The notes under the pieces are model-generated. The model did no database searches and was not told the DNA's origin. It saw only the letters and a list, made by a program, of their open reading frames with translations. DNA of 50,197 nt from an uncultured archaeon (GTDB taxonomy: Archaea; Asgardarchaeota; Lokiarchaeia; Sigyniarchaeales; SOKP01). The DNA is taken from positions 1 to 50,197 of the forward strand of contig CAZOYD010000021.1 in NCBI GenBank assembly GCA_964583985.1, written 5' to 3'. A program made the translations under genes and the position numbers. Positions 18,881 to 26,697 of this stretch are shown in pieces; the stretch's first letter is position 1, and each line of letters starts with the position of its first letter.

Positions 18881-19034
18881 GAAGGGAGAACGAAGGGAGA
18901 GTCAGCAATTTGGGCTTAAAAATTTTTATAAGTTAGAGATTTAAACTCATAGAGTCTAAAAGAGGGCTTAATCAGACATACGAAATGTTAACTGCCTTGA
19001 AATCCAATGTTTAGCTCAAATAAAACCTCCCTTC
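18881..19034. other. Self-complementary non-coding element (candidate structured RNA or MITE-like relic)
   Basis: GAAGGGAG (18881 and 18892) pairs with CTCCCTTC (19027-19034). ATTTGGGCT (18908) pairs with AGCTCAAAT (19013). An internal hairpin lies at 18940-18960. No ORF. Confidence 0.35.
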
Positions 19035-19524
19035 TTAAAATATAATGGGATTAACTTATATTAAAAATAATCTGTTATAAAATATTAGGTGTTGCGATAT
19101 CGCATGCAATATGAAATTTTGCTGATTTTAGATATAATTTTAGGTTATAAGTCGAGAACGAATATTGGCTAATTATAATGAAGAAGAATAAAAATCGCCT
19201 TGGAATTGCATTGGATTAGCGAAAAAAGTGGTTTTTATTAAATTTGTTTTTTTACCATATTCATTTTAAATGTATTGAATTTGAGGCTTTTTTTCATACA
19301 ACTACTGAATATAATGATTTTTTTGGCACAATTGTACACACTAATAAAAAAGAATCATCGGGTATTATATGTTCAATCTTGTACTTTTTTGTTAAATCAA
19401 TGTCAATTTATAAAGAGCTACTGACACCAATGTCAATTCAATATATTTTGTGTTCATGTTGGAAGGAAATTTAAACCAATTTCCTATTATTACTAATCTA
19501 TTTCATCTTTCTTTTTATTCCACG

Positions 19525-19670
19525 AAAAAAGTAACTTTTATATATATAAGCATTCTTACTTATGAATCATTCAAGAAGTCGGAATTAGAGAATTATTTAA
19601 ACGAATTTATTTTCGCCTTCTTGACGCGATTCAACGTCTTACGTTGAATATACAATCTATCTTACAAAAA
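19525..19670 (+). promoter_or_regulatory. BRE/TATA promoter plus structured 5' leader of the metalloprotease gene (copy 1)
   Basis: AAAAAAGTAACTTTTATATAT followed by the stem TCAAGAAG(19571)/CTTCTTGA(19617). Aligns without gaps to 22217-22269. Confidence 0.6.
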
Positions 19671-19707
19671 AGTAAAAAACAATCAATAAATAAAATAAAA
19701 TTAAAAG

Positions 19708-21858
19708 ATGAAAAATATGAAAAAAACAAGAATTTCTCTTTTCTTGGTAATAATTTTAGGATTTACTGCAATTCCCTTTAGCCTATTTGCTATAAACGTA
19801 ACTGGTTCAACAACTCCCCTTCCTGATTATGAGCCTGTTGATTGGCAAAGTGGTCTTGCTGGAGATGTTTACATGCCTGATATGACTATGGAAATGCCAG
19901 CAACCTCATCAGCAACAGGACCTCATGCTTCCGTGTTGGGAACTGAAGTATATGATTGGTACATAGGTGGTTACATGACTCTTCGAGCTGAACGAGAATT
20001 TGTACAGGTGTATGTTGCCAATGATCTATCTTTCCCAGAAGGAGATCCAAGAAATGATGATCCACTAAACTTATTGATAACTGATGAGATGTGTGGGTAT
20101 TTAGCAGATGAATTCAATGACATAATCTACAATACCGATACTAATTACTTTGGTTTTTCCGATGACAGAGATGGAACGGGAACCATATTTGAAGCACTCG
20201 GTTGGCCTGAATACACATATGATTGGATAGCAACGGACAATGGTCAAAAAGTCATTTTAAAAGTAATGAACATTGAAGACGATAATTATTACGATCCTAC
20301 ATATCCATCTTATGTTGTAGGGTTTTTTAGCCCAACTTATACCGCTGACTATTATAATAGAAATATGATTCATATTGATGCTTGGAGATGGTGGCAACGT
20401 TTAGGAGATGAGGGCAGTCAATGGACCCCTGATCCTACAATGGTGGTTACCCGACCTAACTTGTATGAATCGACTGTTGCTCATGAATATCAACATAACA
20501 TTCATGGAGACCAATTACCTGGAGATGCAACATATATGAATGAAGCTAGTTCATTATTTGCAGAACCTCTTTGTGGTTATGAACTTGATGCAGGTCAAAT
20601 TGAATGGTTTTTAGCTACTCCAGATAATTCCCTGACTCAATGGGGAGATCAAGGTGATATCAACATATTAGCCGATTACGGGGCTGCGTTCCTATGGGCG
20701 TTATACCTAACTGATCATTATGGTTTTAACTTTATGGGAGATTATACTCAAGGGGGTATGGTTGGAACCAATGGTATCAATGCTCTACTGGGACCTTTTG
20801 GAAAAGATTTCAATGAAGTATTCCACGATTGGAGAATTGCAAATCTCGTCCAAGCTAGGTATGGAAAGTATGGATATCAACTTGATGAACTCCAAGCCAT
20901 CAATCCTAATGCAGTATTGAATTTTGATGAACTTGAGCCATTAAATGTTCATGAAATCAAAGCAAGACAATTTAATTGGAAATCAGCATCTGCCTTATTT
21001 GGTGAAACAATGGCAGGAACGACGGCTGAAGGTGATACGCAATATCCAACAGGAGTGTATGATGTAGGGGCTTATGGTTCTGATTACATTAAATTCACCA
21101 ACTTGAAAGGATTAGAAACCTTTTATATTGATGGACAAGATGATGTTGCAACTGAAGGATGGACTTATGATGAAACTGGAATGTATTGGTATTCTGGAGC
21201 TGATGATTTATTGAATACTCTCATCGCTACGGAAGTTTATGTTGATCCAACTGATCCTTATTTAACCCTAACAACTTATTGGGATATGGAAGATTACTGG
21301 GATTTTGGTTTTGTTCAAGTATCAACCGATGGGAAATGGGACTCTGATTGGGTCTCGTTATCAAATGCAAATACAACATACTTACATGATTCTTCTGCTA
21401 TTTCAACTGTTGTGGAAAATCTTCCAGGACTTACTAGTTGGAGTCAAGACGTCGTAGATATAACATTTGATATGTCTGCTTATGCAGGTGAAAATGTGTA
21501 TCTTGGATTCAGGTATGTAACTGATTGGGCTACCTTCTATGAAGGGTGGTATCTGTTTAACGTAATTGTTTCTGGACAGGAATACGTTAGCAGTCTTAAT
21601 CATGTTTATCCTGAAGTAGATTTTATGGTAACTGTTATTGAACAATTCCATGGATTCACAACTGTTCGAGACATGTGGTTTATAAACGATGCTACTGAAT
21701 TAGGACTTATATTTATGGCTGCAGGTTGGAAAATGGACATTTATGTCATTGTAAGTCCATTAGTGGACTTAGGATCAGCAGATTACAACTTCAAAGTCAG
21801 TAAATTTCATTTCTTCCAAGGAAGACATCATTTCAATGAACCTTGCTGTTTTTGTTAA
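19708..21858 (+). CDS. Secreted zinc metalloprotease (HExxH...E, M30/immune inhibitor A-like) with a C-terminal InhA/MAM-like beta domain
   Basis: Basic-hydrophobic signal peptide, AHEYQH plus downstream NE, and an InhA-like segment EDYWDFGFVQVSTDG...AYAGENVYLGFRYVTD. Confidence 0.85.
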   Translation: MKNMKKTRISLFLVIILGFTAIPFSLFAINVTGSTTPLPDYEPVDWQSGLAGDVYMPDMTMEMPATSSATGPHASVLGTEVYDWYIGGYMTLRAEREFVQVYVANDLSFPEGDPRNDDPLNLLITDEMCGYLADEFNDIIYNTDTNYFGFSDDRDGTGTIFEALGWPEYTYDWIATDNGQKVILKVMNIEDDNYYDPTYPSYVVGFFSPTYTADYYNRNMIHIDAWRWWQRLGDEGSQWTPDPTMVVTRPNLYESTVAHEYQHNIHGDQLPGDATYMNEASSLFAEPLCGYELDAGQIEWFLATPDNSLTQWGDQGDINILADYGAAFLWALYLTDHYGFNFMGDYTQGGMVGTNGINALLGPFGKDFNEVFHDWRIANLVQARYGKYGYQLDELQAINPNAVLNFDELEPLNVHEIKARQFNWKSASALFGETMAGTTAEGDTQYPTGVYDVGAYGSDYIKFTNLKGLETFYIDGQDDVATEGWTYDETGMYWYSGADDLLNTLIATEVYVDPTDPYLTLTTYWDMEDYWDFGFVQVSTDGKWDSDWVSLSNANTTYLHDSSAISTVVENLPGLTSWSQDVVDITFDMSAYAGENVYLGFRYVTDWATFYEGWYLFNVIVSGQEYVSSLNHVYPEVDFMVTVIEQFHGFTTVRDMWFINDATELGLIFMAAGWKMDIYVIVSPLVDLGSADYNFKVSKFHFFQGRHHFNEPCCFC

Positions 21859-22216
21859 ACTAAAGTAAAATTATAATTTTTTTTTTTTATTATTTATAAA
21901 AAATAGCTATAAAGAGCAATTTTAGTGAGATTTTTAGATACTAACTAATTTAAGAGTAAAACTATATTAGTATTATTGATTCATTACAAGTAAAAAAACA
22001 TTATCAATTCCAAACTCGGTTCTTATAATGAAAGACTTTTTCTGGTTTAGGTTTAATTCGTCTTTATGAAAATCTCTGTCTATAGAGATGAAGAAGGTAT
22101 AAAAAAACTCTCTCAAAGGTGATAATACTAAATTCGGTGAAAATTTTTATTGGAATGTGTTTATCACCATTTTTAAAACTGTTTTCTTTGTGTTCCTTTT
22201 ATTATTTTTTTTCGTC

Positions 22217-22340
22217 AAAAAAGTAAGTTTTATATATGGAACGCATCTTAATTTTTAATTATTCGAGAAATCTAGATAAATTTGTCAAATTATAGGATTT
22301 AATTCTCGAGTGATTTCTAATACAAATTATCTAAAAAAAA
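22217..22340 (+). promoter_or_regulatory. BRE/TATA promoter plus structured 5' leader of the subtilisin gene (copy 2)
   Basis: AAAAAAGTAAGTTTTATATAT followed by a 13-bp stem AATTATTCGAGAA(22257)/TTCTCGAGTGATT(22303-22315). Confidence 0.6.
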
Positions 22341-22353
22341 TCATTAAAATAAG

Positions 22354-25047
22354 GTGAAAAAAATGAAGTTGAATAAAAAAAATAAACTACTATTTTTGTT
22401 CGTTGGAATTACAGTAATAAGCTTGTTATTAGTACCAGCTATGGTCGCACCGAGCAGTAAAATCGATAATGTTTCTTTAACTCGAGAGGATTCAAAAACT
22501 TCAGCCTTTAGTAAATTTGAATTTAGCACGTCAGAATTCTTTGCAGAAGGAGACTCATTAGTTCCAGTAATTGTTGAAACAACCTCTCAAGATTATGCTA
22601 TGTTAGCAACTCAAGTAGAATCCTTAGGGGGATACATAAAAATAGAATATAACAATATCAACGGAGTTTCAATAAATATCCCGACCAGTGCACTTTATGC
22701 TTTAGCAGAAAGTCCACTAGTAGTTCGTGTATTTAAAGATGAATTTAAAGAATTTAATGTCCTCAAGGAGGAAACTGATACGTACATGCTCATGTCAGAT
22801 GCAAACATTGGAGCGAATCCAATAAGTTTAAGTCTATCCGAGGAATATCCCTCAACTTATGCTAATTCATATCTTACAAATGCTGAAGCTATCTGGGAAG
22901 ATACTAATTATGGAGATGGCGTGAAGGTTGCAATTATAGATACTGGGTGCTGGAGTGAACCTTGGGAAGACCCATATGGTAATATGCGCTATCCTTGGTA
23001 TTGGGATGCGGTATATGGTGGCATAGATTTAAGTTATGATGTAGGGAACCCTACTTATGAAGGATATGGTAATCCCATGAATCATTGGCACGGTACTGGC
23101 TGTGCTGCTCTTATTGCGGCTAGTGTACTACTGACTTTCTATCCAAGTCCTGATCCACCTTACTCACCCCATCCATGGGGCACAGCAATTTATACTCATG
23201 ATCCCTATGGTTCTTTTTTCAATTCAACAAACAATCAAACGAGTGTTGTTTGCATGGGAATTGCGCCGGGAGCAGAAATTTATGCTGTTAAAGTCTTTGA
23301 TCACACTGGAGGAGGAGTCCCCTCTTCAATAATCATGGAAGGCATTGATGCAGCAATTGATGAAGGTGTGGATGTAATAAGCATGAGTTTAGGAGGTGGA
23401 GTTGGTGCTCCAGGAGTGGATCCTGAAGATTTACTAGTCGATGCCGCTACAGCAAAGGGAATCACGGTTGTTGCTTCTGCAGGTAATGATGGTCCTGCAC
23501 CTCTCCGTGTAGGTTCTCCAGGAACGTCAACAACTGCCATAACTGTAGGTGCAGCAATGGATCCTATTCATGAGCGAGTTTATGCTGATATAGCCTATTT
23601 CCCAGGATTTGCCCCTTATTATTATCCTAGTGATGATATTTTCATTGCTGACTTCAGTGCTCGAGGTCCAACCTCAGACGGGCGAAATAAACCTGATGTA
23701 GTTGCTACTGGGTCGTGGACTTTCTTTGGAGCGCCACCTTCTGCATGGCCATCCACAATATATTTAGCGGGAGGAACTTCATTTTCATGTCCGCAAGTAG
23801 CTGGTGAAGCCGCTTTATTGATGGCTTATATAAAGAATGAAGGTCTGGAATTTGGTCCTTTAGAAGTAAAAAAAGCAATTGTGGAAGGTGCCGTAACATT
23901 AGAAGGATACCAAGATTTTGAGCAAGGTTCTGGATATATAAATTGTCTTAACTCATTAGATCTTATTAAAGCGATGGTAGAAGAAGTAGTTGAGCAAAAT
24001 TGTCATCATCGATGCAAATCTAATCATCACATCGACTGTCACCAAAATGGAGGGAATAATCATTATGCATCTTTATGGTTCCCACCCCTTGAATTACTTG
24101 ATTTTCATGGTGGTGTGGCTACGGTAGATGATATCACATTAGAACCTGGAAAATATAACTATTTTAATTTCTGGGTCAGTGAAGAAGTCGATTCGATAAG
24201 AATCTCGTTGTCCGGTATTCAATATGCAGATCTTTCAGAGCAAAATCTCTACTTTTTGGATGATGGAGTAATGTATCTTAGCACAGCTGTACGTGAAGGT
24301 ATAGATGACTATCTCGTTTATGGTGAATATTTCTATTATTATGATAGCTTTGTTATCGAAATATCTTCTGATGTTCACTTCCAACCTGGAGTTCAACGAT
24401 TAGTTCTTGCTGGAGACTTTTCTGCGTTTAATAACATTGAAATTGAGAAAATGACCATTGAAGTAGTTAAAACTCAAGCTTATAAATGTGGGAAATGGAT
24501 GTTTATATCTAATTCTGGAGTTGATGTGGATGAAGCTCAAGTTTCTCTTTACAACGGAGAGATCATAACTGATTATGGAAAAGTTAGGGAAGGTGAATAC
24601 GATCTCTATTCATTTACTATTCCAGATTTAGGACATGAACAATTAGCAATCATAGAACTCTCGTGGCTCCGCGATTGGTCCAAATGGGCTACAAGTGATC
24701 TTGACATACTGATTTATCAACTGTTTCCTGATGGCTATTATTATTTGGTAAATGTAGACGGTGCTACGGGTAGGTCTCCTGAGTTTGTTCAATTAACTGA
24801 ACCAGGCACATACTTGATTATGATTGATGGATATCAAGTTTATTTCGATCAAAATGAACGATATACACTTGAAATAATATACTTCTCCAATTTAGTGGAA
24901 ACTTGGCAATCAAAAGTATTTTCACTTGATTCTTGGTTAACCATTGTCAAACTACCTAATCGTAAAAAAGGGATAGCAATACTCTGGCTCCACTCTGTAA
25001 GTGATTATTGGGATTATTGGTACATGGGCGACATTATTAAAGTTTAA
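22354..25047 (+). CDS. Secreted S8 subtilisin-like serine protease with propeptide and C-terminal PPC-like domains
   Basis: Signal peptide; catalytic IIDTG, HGT, oxyanion SAGN and GTSFSCP; C-terminal DLDILIY...PEFV...PGTYLI PPC-type motif. Confidence 0.95.
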   Translation: MKKMKLNKKNKLLFLFVGITVISLLLVPAMVAPSSKIDNVSLTREDSKTSAFSKFEFSTSEFFAEGDSLVPVIVETTSQDYAMLATQVESLGGYIKIEYNNINGVSINIPTSALYALAESPLVVRVFKDEFKEFNVLKEETDTYMLMSDANIGANPISLSLSEEYPSTYANSYLTNAEAIWEDTNYGDGVKVAIIDTGCWSEPWEDPYGNMRYPWYWDAVYGGIDLSYDVGNPTYEGYGNPMNHWHGTGCAALIAASVLLTFYPSPDPPYSPHPWGTAIYTHDPYGSFFNSTNNQTSVVCMGIAPGAEIYAVKVFDHTGGGVPSSIIMEGIDAAIDEGVDVISMSLGGGVGAPGVDPEDLLVDAATAKGITVVASAGNDGPAPLRVGSPGTSTTAITVGAAMDPIHERVYADIAYFPGFAPYYYPSDDIFIADFSARGPTSDGRNKPDVVATGSWTFFGAPPSAWPSTIYLAGGTSFSCPQVAGEAALLMAYIKNEGLEFGPLEVKKAIVEGAVTLEGYQDFEQGSGYINCLNSLDLIKAMVEEVVEQNCHHRCKSNHHIDCHQNGGNNHYASLWFPPLELLDFHGGVATVDDITLEPGKYNYFNFWVSEEVDSIRISLSGIQYADLSEQNLYFLDDGVMYLSTAVREGIDDYLVYGEYFYYYDSFVIEISSDVHFQPGVQRLVLAGDFSAFNNIEIEKMTIEVVKTQAYKCGKWMFISNSGVDVDEAQVSLYNGEIITDYGKVREGEYDLYSFTIPDLGHEQLAIIELSWLRDWSKWATSDLDILIYQLFPDGYYYLVNVDGATGRSPEFVQLTEPGTYLIMIDGYQVYFDQNERYTLEIIYFSNLVETWQSKVFSLDSWLTIVKLPNRKKGIAILWLHSVSDYWDYWYMGDIIKV

Positions 25048-25051
25048 TTAA

Positions 25052-25079
25052 AGGTCAATTTAAATGACCTCTTTTTTTT
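25052..25079 (+). terminator. Hairpin plus U-tract terminator after the subtilisin gene
   Basis: AGGTCA-ATTTAAA-TGACCT followed by CTTTTTTTT, 4 nt after the stop. Confidence 0.6.
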
Positions 25080-25217
25080 ATATATTTGTAACGAATGAGT
25101 AAGTCTGGCAAAATCTAACAATGATTTTTACTACATGTGAAATAAATCTCATAATGGCTCACGTAGTGAATCAAATAATTTTATTGTGAAAATTCTCAAT
25201 TTAAGAAATGCTAATAC

Positions 25218-26030
25218 TTACAATGTGTTAATAAATTCTACAATTTTAATTTTTAATCCATCTTCTGCCGCTATTATCTTATTTATATCAGTCTTCTCTT
25301 TTAATTTATCAATTTGACTTGGTACATAACTTGCGGAGGAAAAAGGGTTATCCATGTAGCTTCCAAAATGAGTGATTAATAGCCCTTTAAGCGCGGGTTT
25401 AATGTTGTTTAAATAAGGTATTACTTCGTCAGTGCATAAATGACGTCGACAAACCACGGAATCGGGTCTGAGCAAGTTTAATACTAAAACATTGACTCCT
25501 GAAAACTGTTCCGAAAATCCTTTAAACACCGTGGTATCGCTAGAAAATCCGATTGAATAATTTTTCAATTTGAAGATTATTCCAAAACCCTCAACTTTGG
25601 AATGGTTAACTCTTGTTCCAATAATTTTGATGCCTTTATAATCTATTGAATCTCCTGGTTTAAACGGAACTATTTTTTCAAGCAGGTTCTGATGATATTC
25701 TGATACAAATTTCAGGGTGTCATTCGTAGTTATGAGGGTACCTTTTTTGTAATAATTGTAGTTTTTATCATGTAGACTTTCCCTAGATGCTTCAATTATT
25801 GCGCAAAGGTCATTAAAATGGTCGATATGCACGTGAGTGACAATGAAAAGTTCAGTTTTTAATGGGTCCTCCTTATATTGGTTCACACGAACAATTGCAC
25901 CCGGTCCTGGATCTATGTGGGCTTGGATTCCACTGAATTTATACAAGATTCCACCTGTTGCTCTATATTGCGTCCGGATGTTATGTCTCCCGCCACCAGA
26001 TCCTAATATGACTAATTCATCATCTTTCAT
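25218..26030 (-). CDS. MBL-fold metallo-hydrolase (PhnP/RNase Z-like)
   Basis: LGSGGG, IDPGPG, THVHIDH, SSDT, HL and THF motifs. Confidence 0.9.
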   Translation of the reverse strand: MKDDELVILGSGGGRHNIRTQYRATGGILYKFSGIQAHIDPGPGAIVRVNQYKEDPLKTELFIVTHVHIDHFNDLCAIIEASRESLHDKNYNYYKKGTLITTNDTLKFVSEYHQNLLEKIVPFKPGDSIDYKGIKIIGTRVNHSKVEGFGIIFKLKNYSIGFSSDTTVFKGFSEQFSGVNVLVLNLLRPDSVVCRRHLCTDEVIPYLNNIKPALKGLLITHFGSYMDNPFSSASYVPSQIDKLKEKTDINKIIAAEDGLKIKIVEFINTL

Positions 26031-26076
26031 TATAATAAAGCCTTCTGCTCCTAAAAATCGTAATTAAACATAAAAA

Positions 26077-26604
26077 CTAAAATTTACTTTTAGCTATTAA
26101 AAATTCAATAATTGATTTAAATGCGACATCAACATTGGCTCCAGATTTCGATGAAGTTTTTACATAGTCAACCATTTGAAAAGTTTGTTTAATGTTAAGT
26201 GCGATTTCGTCATCAACAGCAATTAAATCCTCTAAATCTGATTTAGTTCCAACAAGAATGATTGGTAAATTTATGTCGTGCATCCTTACAAGATTTACCC
26301 AAGCCAATATCTCATTAATTAAGGGCATGCGCGTCATATCAAATAAGAGAAGTGCTGCCCTCGCTCCCATGACAAAATTTTCAAGAAGATGTCTAAATCT
26401 TTCTTGTCCACCCAAATCCCATAGTTGTAATGAGCATTTCGTTTCTAAATCATCATATTCAATTTCTTTGATGAAAAAGTCAACACCCACAGTCTCAATC
26501 GTAGATTCGTTAAAGATTCCATCTACATATCTACGGAGAAATGTTGTTTTTCCTGCACCTCCATTTCCGGCAATTAAAATCTTGAAGACAAATTTTTTCG
26601 TCAA
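26077..26604 (-). CDS. Rab-like small GTPase without a C-terminal prenylation motif
   Basis: FKILIAGNGGAGKTT, TVGVDF, LQLWDLGGQERFR, TKSD and TSSK. It ends AKSKF, with no cysteine. Confidence 0.93.
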   Translation of the reverse strand: MTKKFVFKILIAGNGGAGKTTFLRRYVDGIFNESTIETVGVDFFIKEIEYDDLETKCSLQLWDLGGQERFRHLLENFVMGARAALLLFDMTRMPLINEILAWVNLVRMHDINLPIILVGTKSDLEDLIAVDDEIALNIKQTFQMVDYVKTSSKSGANVDVAFKSIIEFLIAKSKF

Positions 26605-26697
26605 TTTAATTCTCAGTATACCAAGGAGTTATAATGTGAAATCACTTATTATGTAATAATAATATAGCTTAATATAATTTAATGTGATACTTCCGAA

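Noticed and set aside
19244-19647. ORFs 19244-19474 and 19450-19647
   Set aside because: They have F/I/Y-rich composition typical of AT-rich non-coding DNA, and the second overlaps the promoter/leader module.
22118-22168. Inverted repeat GGTGATAA...TTATCACC upstream of the subtilisin promoter
   Set aside because: The arms are 8 bp and 35 bp apart, with no counterpart upstream of the metalloprotease. Too weak to call.
25122-25173. Imperfect stem-loop (TGATT..TACTAC..GTGA / TCAC-GTAGTG-AATCA) considered as a SECIS element
   Set aside because: It lacks the correctly placed GA/GA quartet and no flanking gene has an in-frame TGA. At most it is a 3'-UTR stem between convergent genes.
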